DNA of 19,195 bases from Bdellovibrionales bacterium (GCA_050250255.1 JBFWOZ010000050.1:1-19195), one strand, 5' to 3'; counted from the stretch's first letter, positions 9,595-17,344 are shown. Notes: generated from the sequence alone by a model not told the origin. Numbers and translations: made by a program.

Positions 9595-10667
9595 TTTCGT
9601 TTTTCTCTGCAATCTTAGGTCTCCTACTTTCTTTATCCTCAGCTTATGCTCAAGATCCTAGCAAATTAATCGATGAAACGAGTTATCAGACAACGCTATC
9701 AAAACTCAGCGGGGCTCAGCCTATCGATGGAGAAAACTCTATTGATAGTCGTTTCACTCCTGAGGACCTCTCAAGAGTTCGAACATTTCTTGCTCAAGAG
9801 CTTTTTGAAGCTGGCTATCAGCAGGTCGTCGTCCAAGGCTTTAGTAGAAAATTTAAATCTAAATTTCGTGACTCTGAAGGAAGAAACATAAGCGTATCGA
9901 TTCCAGGTAAAACACGACCTGAAGAAATAATTATTATTGGGGCCCACTACGATTCAGCCTATCGTGACGTACCAGGAGCCAACGATAATGGAACTGGTAC
10001 AGCAGCAGTCTTAGAACTGGCAAAGGCTTTCAAAGCGAGCGGCTTCCAAGCAGATCGAACTATTAAGTTTGTTTTTTTTGATGCGGAAGAAGTTGGCATC
10101 ATTGGTTCTCAAGCGTTTTTTTCGGAACATGTAAAGCGCATACATAGAGGTGATATTGCCGTTCCTCTTTTTATCAATCTAGATATGCTTGGAAATTCCA
10201 ATTTAGAAGGCGGGAAACATCTGCTCTTCAACATCGATAGCTCAAAGGGGCTCATTGAGTTTGTAAAAAGCATGAACACAAAAGGATCCTTTAATTTCGA
10301 AATGCACTGGTGGGGTGGTTTTGTTTCAGATAATCTCTCGGCTCGGGACTTTGAAATACCAAATTTTTCTATTAGCGAATGGGCTGTAGATAAAACGGGT
10401 AAAGAAACAAGAGACTATAAGTATTATCACTCACCTGCTGACACCATTGATAAGGTCAACATTGACTATGCCTTAAAGCTCACAGCCTTTGCAGCTGCTT
10501 TAGTGAAAGCGGCAAGTCAGTCTTCCGAGATCTGGAATGTACATGATATTGATATTTCACGCCACTCTCGTTTGGCAGCGAATACGCTCGACCGCTTAAA
10601 CGCTCAGAAAAAAGTCTTAGGCCCAACAAGCCCCAAGACTTTTCTCTGCGGATCTACTTTAAGGTAA
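9576..10667 (+). CDS. Secreted M28 family metallopeptidase (tandem paralog)
   Basis: GAHYDS, PGANDNGTG, FDAEEVG, NLDMLG, YHSPADT; signal peptide; AGGAG 7 nt before the GTG. Confidence 0.93.
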   Translation: MQPYSLISFFSAILGLLLSLSSAYAQDPSKLIDETSYQTTLSKLSGAQPIDGENSIDSRFTPEDLSRVRTFLAQELFEAGYQQVVVQGFSRKFKSKFRDSEGRNISVSIPGKTRPEEIIIIGAHYDSAYRDVPGANDNGTGTAAVLELAKAFKASGFQADRTIKFVFFDAEEVGIIGSQAFFSEHVKRIHRGDIAVPLFINLDMLGNSNLEGGKHLLFNIDSSKGLIEFVKSMNTKGSFNFEMHWWGGFVSDNLSARDFEIPNFSISEWAVDKTGKETRDYKYYHSPADTIDKVNIDYALKLTAFAAALVKAASQSSEIWNVHDIDISRHSRLAANTLDRLNAQKKVLGPTSPKTFLCGSTLR

Positions 10668-11381
10668 TTACCTAGCAGCCCAACGAACAAGCTCGACGGC
10701 GATATCTAAATCCAAGCCATCACGGTCTGTTAGACCGAAAGATTGGCGCCAGCTCAGGGGAGCCTCTGGGTGTGTACCCGTGACCGCAACTCGGCCTAAA
10801 CCATAAGTCGTTTGCAAAGACTCAACACTTCCATCAGCATAACGACTGAGAATTTGAACGCCTGAATTTTGAGGGACATCAAAACGAGGTCCACCTTCGT
10901 AATAAAGATGACGAGTTTTGCCCTTCCAATTGACGTTGACCATGATTCCGTTCTCATCCACTTCATTGAAGTAACGAGTAGAACCAGGGACAAAACCTAA
11001 TCCTGGATATTCACTTCGTCCAATCATACTGGTCGCCAAAAAACCGCCGGCACAAAAACCGACATAAGCTCCACCATTCTCGACAAAGCTCACTAAATTT
11101 TTCTTGAGTGCAGGACGCATCGCCAAGGAAGCATCAACAGAGAATCCACCTGGTTGAATCCAGATTTTTGCATTATTAAAAATTGCGGGATCTGTTTCAT
11201 TTGGACCTACATAGCGAGGTTCTAAACCTGCCATTTTTGCAATCAATGCAGAGGCTTCAGAACACTCCTCAACACAAGCGCCGGGACCTTTATAGATAAG
11301 AGCAATATTTCCTGCCGCGAAAGCAGAAGATGTTGTTAAACCAAGAACCAAAAACAAGCTGTAAAAAAAACTGTATTTCAT
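10668..11381 (-). CDS. Secreted BPL-N domain protein (biotin-protein-ligase N-terminal / class I glutamine amidotransferase-like fold)
   Basis: QPGG, FVENGGAYVGFCAGGFLA (nucleophile elbow), YEGGPRF, GLGRVAVTGTHPE; ATG 11381 follows RBS GGAGGGG; signal peptide ending AFA. Confidence 0.88.
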   Translation of the reverse strand: MKYSFFYSLFLVLGLTTSSAFAAGNIALIYKGPGACVEECSEASALIAKMAGLEPRYVGPNETDPAIFNNAKIWIQPGGFSVDASLAMRPALKKNLVSFVENGGAYVGFCAGGFLATSMIGRSEYPGLGFVPGSTRYFNEVDENGIMVNVNWKGKTRHLYYEGGPRFDVPQNSGVQILSRYADGSVESLQTTYGLGRVAVTGTHPEAPLSWRQSFGLTDRDGLDLDIAVELVRWAAR

Positions 11382-11551
11382 ATCCCCTCCTGTAAAAATC
11401 AATCAGGGCACATGAAGCTACGAAAGCTATCTCCTTGTCTAGAACCATTGCAGAGCAATAACGCCTAGGAAAGGCTTCAGAACGCATATAAATATTTCCC
11501 TCTACGAGAGGATTCCTTAATTTTAACCGCAGCCCTTGCTACCATGCGTTG

Positions 11552-13162
11552 ATGTTTCATTTAAGCCGCAAGCTTCTCTGTACCACGCTCATTTTTGTGC
11601 TGACTTTCAGCCCACTTTTTTCTGCGGCAGAAGTTTCTCCGCAAAAAAGTTTTCAAGAATTTACGAAACTTTATCTTTCTCAAAGAAATCATTTGAGAAA
11701 TTCAGCGATGCAAAGAAAAGCGACGGGGTGGAGAGCGCAACTTTCAAGACAAGCCAAAAATCAATTGATTCAAGGAGCACAGGTGATTCCGCTTTTGCTT
11801 GTTTTGTCAGGCATGGCGGTCGCGCAGCACGAGATTCAAGAATCTGCCGTAAGTGGAGAACCACTACAGACAACAGAAATACTTAAACTCTACTCCGAAG
11901 TGAGTCAGTCTGTCCTGACCTCAGGACAAGTTTGGCTTGGACTTCTTTCCGCACATGCTAGCGGCGCTGCATTGGAAAAACCAGTCATGGTCTTTCAACA
12001 ACTTCTCAGAAACTCTAACACGAACCCGCTTCTCTCGAACTTGTTGGCTTCTGGCCTTCAATCAAGTTTTACGTTTATGGGCTGGGAATTAGGGAGCCAA
12101 CTTTGGCAAGAAGCGAGACTCCTGCTCGAAAACACAGAAGATTACAATAAAACAGAAAACATCTATTCCCTGTTAAAAACATCCTCTGAGTCTCTCGAAT
12201 CAAGACGCCTTTTGAGTTTACTTTTCAATAATCTTTCTCTCATTCTTCTTTTCGAGAATGATCTTCGCCAACAGTGGCTCTACAACACGTGGCGCTTAAA
12301 AATTGCTTCAGGCAGTTTTGTGACTCTCGTGGCTTCGCTCGCGGGAGCGAGTGCTCTTGGCACCACACTTTTTCCTGGTGCTGGTACGATTCTTGGAGCC
12401 GCTTTTGGTTTTGTAGGTTACGGGGCTTTTCTTGCCATTCCTCAGGAGGCAAAAGACTTTGTCACATTTAGTATCGAACTCGCTCGCGCAACCCATAACA
12501 AGATACAATTAAATATTTCCCACAAAGGTTTGAGCACCTTGACCTGGATTTCGAGTGAGTTCCAGAGCTCAAAGCCGCTTCCTCTGATTCACAATATGGC
12601 TCAGTCCACAAAGCTTGCACGTGAACGTTACATGAACGTTTTGTACGAAGCTTATTATACCGCTCAAACCCGAATCCAAATTTTGACTGTGAATCGCATG
12701 CTCCTTCTGGGTCGTCTCCAGAAGGATGGTCCGCAAAGTGCGCTTCAAGTGTTCACCTCGCAATTGAAACAAAGTCTTGTGCTCGCAGGTTTTCCTCCGG
12801 CCGCTCTCTTTGTAGAAACGCACTCGCTCCCTACACTTCTAAAAACAACGGAAGAAAGCTTGTGGGTCTACAAAAAAGTTCAGCAGACTTTACGGCCGCT
12901 GTTTCTCAATTTTTATCGTGAAGAGCTCACACGTTTTCGCTCCTATACATACGCTTCACTTCCGCTGCCTGTGGCTTACCGAATTCAGAACGAAATTAAA
13001 AACTTAGAAATTCTCGAATGGTTTCATTCTCATTTTGTAGAGAGTCTTGCTCAAAATATAGAGCAAGAGAACCAAAGCTTGGCTTTAGTCACAAAACACT
13101 ACTTTGGTGGACTTGACGAGAGCACTCTCACCAACTTCGCCAAACAGCTAGACGTTTTTTAA
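11552..13162 (+). CDS. Hypothetical membrane protein with glycine-zipper hydrophobic hairpin
   Basis: Long ORF with signal-like N-terminus and hydrophobic segments including LAGASALGTTLFPGAGTILGAAFGFVGYGAF; start ATG 11552 or TTG 11549. Confidence 0.8.
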   Translation: MFHLSRKLLCTTLIFVLTFSPLFSAAEVSPQKSFQEFTKLYLSQRNHLRNSAMQRKATGWRAQLSRQAKNQLIQGAQVIPLLLVLSGMAVAQHEIQESAVSGEPLQTTEILKLYSEVSQSVLTSGQVWLGLLSAHASGAALEKPVMVFQQLLRNSNTNPLLSNLLASGLQSSFTFMGWELGSQLWQEARLLLENTEDYNKTENIYSLLKTSSESLESRRLLSLLFNNLSLILLFENDLRQQWLYNTWRLKIASGSFVTLVASLAGASALGTTLFPGAGTILGAAFGFVGYGAFLAIPQEAKDFVTFSIELARATHNKIQLNISHKGLSTLTWISSEFQSSKPLPLIHNMAQSTKLARERYMNVLYEAYYTAQTRIQILTVNRMLLLGRLQKDGPQSALQVFTSQLKQSLVLAGFPPAALFVETHSLPTLLKTTEESLWVYKKVQQTLRPLFLNFYREELTRFRSYTYASLPLPVAYRIQNEIKNLEILEWFHSHFVESLAQNIEQENQSLALVTKHYFGGLDESTLTNFAKQLDVF

Positions 13163-13219
13163 AGGTACGGACACACTTTTGGGACTAGGCGCGTCCCAAA
13201 AGTGTGTCCGTACCTTTAA
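13159..13219. repeat. Perfect 27-bp inverted repeat with 7-nt loop (REP-doublet/MITE-like; may also terminate transcription)
   Basis: TTAAAGGTACGGACACACTTTTGGGAC (13159-13185), loop TAGGCGC, exact reverse complement at 13193-13219. Confidence 0.9.
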
Positions 13220-13240
13220 GCAACCGCTCGACCTAAGTTT

Positions 13241-13258
13241 ACTTGACGATCGTCAAGT
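13241..13258. promoter_or_regulatory. Perfect 18-bp palindrome, candidate dimeric regulator site (CRP/FNR-like TTGAC-N4-GTCAA)
   Basis: ACTTGACGATCGTCAAGT equals its own reverse complement and lies upstream of the PEGA operon. Confidence 0.5.
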
Positions 13259-13294
13259 TTGTCTCATCCTCCGACATAAAAACGAAGAAAGAGT

Positions 13295-13321
13295 TAAGAA
13301 ATGAGACAGTTCCGTCGAAAA
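13295..13321 (+). promoter_or_regulatory. Possible sigma28 (FliA)-type promoter
   Basis: TAAG-N15-GTCGAAAA versus consensus TAAA-N15-GCCGATAA (three mismatches). Confidence 0.35.
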
Positions 13322-13360
13322 AGATTATGAGAAAACATGTCTCAATGGAGGAGGCTTGTA

Positions 13361-13972
13361 GTGGAAGCAAGGATGTTCATGTACAAATTATTCGCAATAT
13401 CAGTCCTATTACTAGCTATGGCCTGCTCATCGGCAGGTATCAAAATCTCCTCTGAACCTGAGGGTGCAGACGTCGTCAACTCTACCAACGAGGTGATTGG
13501 CCAGACTCCTCTTTCAGTGAACTCCGATCAGCTCACGAAAATTCAAGATGGCAGCAAACTTGTTTTTCAACTTCGCAAATCTGGCTACCAAAACAAAAGT
13601 GTTCTCCTTGATAAAGTAGGGGCCGATGAGCACAAGTTTAAACTAGACCAACTTTCTGCCGAGAACTTTAAATCTAACAACCTCTTTTTGTACTCAAAAC
13701 CTTCAAACAAAATGGTTCGAGAAGCTCTTCAAATTCAAGGTCTACTCATCTCTAAAAAAGTGGATGAAGCGGCTCAACGAATTAATGAGTTTCAAAAACA
13801 ATATCCCAACATTGCCGCATCCTACGTGTTACTCGCCAACATCTCTGCAATTCGCAACCAAAATGCTCAAGCCCTACAATATCTTATGCGAGCACAAACC
13901 ATTGATCCAGAGGATGAAGTGGTTTCTCGTATGATTAATCAGATTCGTTCTACAGCGGGAGAAAAGTTATGA
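13361..13972 (+). CDS. PEGA-domain + TPR lipoprotein
   Basis: Lipobox-like LLAMAC; PEGA pattern ISSEPEGADV...IGQTPL...LRKSGY; C-terminal TPR-like helices (YPNIAASYVLLANI...ALQYLMRAQTIDPED). Start uncertain: GTG 13361 after GGAGGAGG, or ATG 13373/13379. Confidence 0.88.
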   Translation: MEARMFMYKLFAISVLLLAMACSSAGIKISSEPEGADVVNSTNEVIGQTPLSVNSDQLTKIQDGSKLVFQLRKSGYQNKSVLLDKVGADEHKFKLDQLSAENFKSNNLFLYSKPSNKMVREALQIQGLLISKKVDEAAQRINEFQKQYPNIAASYVLLANISAIRNQNAQALQYLMRAQTIDPEDEVVSRMINQIRSTAGEKL

Positions 13973-15684
13973 GATTTCTAAAAATCCTCCCTCTCCTACT
14001 TTTACCTTTCCTCGTACAAGCTCAAACGATCTTAAGTACTGAGCTCGATTCTTTCGAAAGAAGTTTAGAAAATAAAATAAAAATGGATCTTTCTGAGGTT
14101 TTAGGAAGCAAAGAAAAAGTGCTTGTCAAAGTTCAAGCTCGCATTGCGCCTGCAAGAATCCCTTCTGCAACGGATGCAAGTAGCGACTTCGGATACCTTC
14201 CTATCCCTTTTTCTACGGGCACAGAAGATGAAGGCAAAAGAATCGAATCTGTTGCGGTTCAAGTAAAAGTCCCTGCCCCTATGAATCCAGATATTAAAAA
14301 ACAAGTGGAAGATATCGTACGTTTCTCAACGTCTGGTTTAAGAGCTCGAGTGACCGTGAGCGATGCGACCTTTAAAGATATTGAAGCGGAAAGAAAATTA
14401 GCTTCAGAAGAAGCTAATAAGCCGCTAGAGGAAAAGCCTCTCGATTGGCCATTTATCACAAAAACTGGTATCGCCTTTTTGGGTCTGGTCCTCTTTCTAG
14501 TTGTATCACTTCTCTTTCGTAGCGCTCTTAGCATGGCCTCCGAAAATGTTGCAGGGGGAATTCGCTCACTTAAATCCATCAAATTAGAAAACATTGGCGA
14601 TGACAAAGAAGATGAAGCGACTGCTAAGGCAGATCCCACTTCTAACCGCGATCCCGACCAAATCAATATCAATCGAAATCTGAAAACGATAAAAGACATC
14701 TTAGCCGCAAAACCAAAGGTTTTCTTAGAGACCCTCACCCAAGATGAAAATGATCTCCGCGGCATGAGATGGTTACTCACTCAGCTCGACACGAGCGAAC
14801 TCGCCAGCCTTAAAAAGGTTTTAAGCGAAAGCTACTTTGGCAAAATTAAAAACATCTCTATCAGTTCTACAACTTCGTTCGCAATGGATAAATGGATTCA
14901 AGCCTTTGTTGAAAAGCTTTTGATCAATCAAATCCAAGGCGCAAAATTGATCGACGAAGCACTCTCGAGCGAAGAACAATCTGTTCTCTTCACTTGGCCA
15001 AGAGAAGCCCTTATTGAAACGACACTGAAGCACTCCAATAAAACTTTCTTCCGCTTACTTAGTGAAATTTTATCAGTTGATGAATTAGGAATCGTCGCAG
15101 CTCGTCTCACGAACGAACAATGGCCGCACTTCTTATCTGCGGCCGATGTCACAGCTCAAGATATAAAGCAAAGCTTTGCCGAACTGACTCAGCAAATGGC
15201 AACTCAAACAGGTTCTCCACAGAATAAAGAAAAGTTTGAATTCGTAAGCCAAAAACTTTTAAAACCAACGGTTGAAGCCGCTCTCGCCTTCCCTCCGGGC
15301 GAAGACGAAAAATTCTTAGAACGCCTCAAAAGCTTGAATGCGGATCTTCATGGGATGGTTCGTAAAGAACTTTGGACGCCGAATGATTTGAATAATGTTC
15401 CCCCTCAATATTTAAAAACGAGTCTGACTGAACAAGACACAGACACACTTTTTTCTTTGATGATGGCGCTGCCAGAACCTTGGCCGAGCACCATTGAGAA
15501 ATCTCTTCCTGAGGGAAATAAAAAATCCATTGTTCTAGATCTCGTGAAGAGAGCAAAGGGCAAAGGGGCAAATCAAGAACTATCTGCTACTTTTAACGTC
15601 ACCAGAACTTATCTTTTAAATTTAAGAAAGAAAGCGCTTGATGGAGAATATGAGCTTTTAAATAAGGAAGAGAAATCTGCGTGA
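13969..15684 (+). CDS. Bitopic membrane protein resembling a FliF (RBM3+TM)-FliG fusion
   Basis: Signal peptide; FERSLENKIKMDLSEVLG-VLVKVQA and RIESVAVQVKV...KKQVEDIVR...RVTV...F resemble the split FliF RBM3; TM at aa ~166-183; C-terminal EKFLERLKSLNADLHGMVRKELWTPNDL...DTDTLFSLM...LRKKALDGEYEL resembles FliG_C. ATGA overlap with the upstream gene. CDS secure, homology by eye. Confidence 0.72.
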   Translation: MRFLKILPLLLLPFLVQAQTILSTELDSFERSLENKIKMDLSEVLGSKEKVLVKVQARIAPARIPSATDASSDFGYLPIPFSTGTEDEGKRIESVAVQVKVPAPMNPDIKKQVEDIVRFSTSGLRARVTVSDATFKDIEAERKLASEEANKPLEEKPLDWPFITKTGIAFLGLVLFLVVSLLFRSALSMASENVAGGIRSLKSIKLENIGDDKEDEATAKADPTSNRDPDQININRNLKTIKDILAAKPKVFLETLTQDENDLRGMRWLLTQLDTSELASLKKVLSESYFGKIKNISISSTTSFAMDKWIQAFVEKLLINQIQGAKLIDEALSSEEQSVLFTWPREALIETTLKHSNKTFFRLLSEILSVDELGIVAARLTNEQWPHFLSAADVTAQDIKQSFAELTQQMATQTGSPQNKEKFEFVSQKLLKPTVEAALAFPPGEDEKFLERLKSLNADLHGMVRKELWTPNDLNNVPPQYLKTSLTEQDTDTLFSLMMALPEPWPSTIEKSLPEGNKKSIVLDLVKRAKGKGANQELSATFNVTRTYLLNLRKKALDGEYELLNKEEKSA

Positions 15685-16280
15685 TAAAACTTACTCTTAT
15701 CTCTCTTCTTTTTGTAAGCTTCCCTACTCTAGCCGCAGAACGACTGGCACCCAAACTCACGCTACGCTCAGGGTTTGAAATGCTCAATAACGTGGGTACG
15801 ACGGCCGGTAGTGCATCTGGCGGCAGCGGTTTTAATATTGTGTTCTCTTATTTTTTAACAAAAAAGTTAGCTGCAGGTGCTGGTTACTCAGCCGCCTTTG
15901 ATATGTCCAAAGGTACAATGCCTATCAGTGGCACCTCTCTTTTTGGGCGATACTACTTTTGGGGACTAGGCACACGCATGAAAGATTCTGGTGAATGGGG
16001 CGAAAGCATTTATCATGATACATGGAGCATGTACACAGGTGGAGCTTACTCGAATCATAGTTACTATTTAGGGCAAGATCCCCTCGGCGATTTGAAAGTG
16101 GATCAGCTTAGAGGTTCGTATTCAACGGCCGATTTTATTATTGGCGTCGACTATCGCCTTTCCAAGGATTTTGAAGTCAATGCAGAGGCATCAAACTCGA
16201 TTCTTGCTTTTGCTGCAAGTGATGATCGTATTCGCATTCAACATACTTCCGTTTATTTTGGATTAAACTATTTATTTTAA
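15681..16280 (+). CDS. Small outer-membrane beta-barrel protein
   Basis: Signal peptide; alternating amphipathic strands with aromatic ends (FNIVFSYF, LFGRYYF, IIGVDYRL); C-terminal YFGLNYLF typical of a BAM beta-signal; GTGA overlap. Confidence 0.85.
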   Translation: MIKLTLISLLFVSFPTLAAERLAPKLTLRSGFEMLNNVGTTAGSASGGSGFNIVFSYFLTKKLAAGAGYSAAFDMSKGTMPISGTSLFGRYYFWGLGTRMKDSGEWGESIYHDTWSMYTGGAYSNHSYYLGQDPLGDLKVDQLRGSYSTADFIIGVDYRLSKDFEVNAEASNSILAFAASDDRIRIQHTSVYFGLNYLF

Positions 16281-16289
16281 AAGAGATTT

Positions 16290-17081
16290 ATGGAATTAAA
16301 TAAATTAAATCAAAAATTAGATTGGCTCGAAAAAACTGATGAAAATTTTGTTCATACGCCCAGTGAACTCAATAATCTCCTGCGTTTTATTTCTAAAGAG
16401 AGGCTTCTTTTAGAAAAAGCTCAGGAAAAAGCGAAATCTTATATCGAGCGCATTATGGCTCAAGAGGCCCAGGTCCTTGAAGGGCAAAGAAAAGTCAAAA
16501 ACCTAGAACAAGCTCTTAACAACACTCTCGCGACTCAAGGGTCTGTGATCGGAAAAGCACGTCAGAAAATTCAAGAACTTGAAGCTGCTCTTTTAGAATC
16601 ACAAGAAAAAAACGAAAAAGCGGATCTGGTTCACCGAAGAACAATCAGCGCCCATGAAGCACTAGTTAAAAAGTATAAGTTTCTAACATCAGAAGAAACA
16701 CAAATCGCAAAAATGGAATTTCAGGAGTTTAAACAAACAAAACTCACTGCTCAACTGAGTGAACTTGAAGTTCAAAATCAAGTTCAAAAACATACGATTG
16801 AAGAGCTAAAGAAAAAGATTGCCTCAGCTGAAGCTTGCAATCGTGATCTTGAAAGCAAGTTTGAAGCTAAGTTTGAAAAACTCACTCAAATTTCTCAAAC
16901 TAAAATCGAATCACTCTATGAAAACATGTTAGGCGATCTAAAATCTAAGAACGTAAAAGCTGAGCGTTTGGCTTATCTTGCCAACACTCAGAGCAACAAC
17001 CCTGATCTAAAAGAGACATCTTCTAAAACAGATAAAGAGGTTGTTCAGAGTTGGTTGATTAAGCTTCTTCAAGAAGACTAA
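16290..17081 (+). CDS. Cytoplasmic coiled-coil protein
   Basis: E/K/Q/L-rich heptad-like sequence nearly free of Pro and Gly; no signal peptide or TM; 9 nt after the upstream stop. Confidence 0.85.
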   Translation: MELNKLNQKLDWLEKTDENFVHTPSELNNLLRFISKERLLLEKAQEKAKSYIERIMAQEAQVLEGQRKVKNLEQALNNTLATQGSVIGKARQKIQELEAALLESQEKNEKADLVHRRTISAHEALVKKYKFLTSEETQIAKMEFQEFKQTKLTAQLSELEVQNQVQKHTIEELKKKIASAEACNRDLESKFEAKFEKLTQISQTKIESLYENMLGDLKSKNVKAERLAYLANTQSNNPDLKETSSKTDKEVVQSWLIKLLQED

Positions 17082-17085
17082 TTCG

Positions 17086-17203
17086 CATATATAAGCCAAA
17101 GGCATGTGGCATAAGACATATGTGAACGGCATGAGGAAATGGCGGAAATTTCCACATGACTTTGACTTATGCCACATGCCTTATGCCCCTTGCCATATAT
17201 AAG
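17086..17203. repeat. Heptamer-based hairpin element flanked by 10-bp direct repeats
   Basis: CATATATAAG at 17086-17095 and 17194-17203; 17-bp perfect IR AAGGCATGTGGCATAAG (17099-17115) / CTTATGCCACATGCCTT (17166-17182); units GGCATNN / NNATGCC. Confidence 0.8.
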
Positions 17204-17217
17204 GACAAAACCTCTCT

Positions 17218-17332
17218 ATCTCGAGTTGAGACAGAGATCTTCTAGTTGCGACTTCCACTCGCTTCATCATTTTTTCACATTCTTTCTTCACTCATCACAG
17301 CCGTCTCAGTTTGAGTCTTATTTTTTGTCTCA
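17218..17332. promoter_or_regulatory. Cluster of GTCTCA-N3-TGAGAC-like operator sites
   Basis: ATCTCG-agt-TGAGAC (17218-17232), GTCTCA-gtt-TGAGTC (17303-17317), half-site GTCTCA (17327-17332); related sites at 13261, 13302 and 13339. Confidence 0.45.
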
Positions 17333-17344
17333 AAATCCTCCAAC

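Noticed and set aside
13243..13455. 70-aa + strand ORF
   Set aside because: TTG start inside the palindrome; overlaps the promoter and the PEGA gene out of frame.
13969..15684. Annotation as canonical fliF or fliG
   Set aside because: Has a cleavable signal peptide, lacks FliF TM1/RBM1-2, is highly divergent, and has no flagellar gene context; no gene symbol assigned.
17086..17203. CRISPR or tRNA interpretation of the repeat region
   Set aside because: No repeat-spacer periodicity, no cas genes and no cloverleaf motifs.
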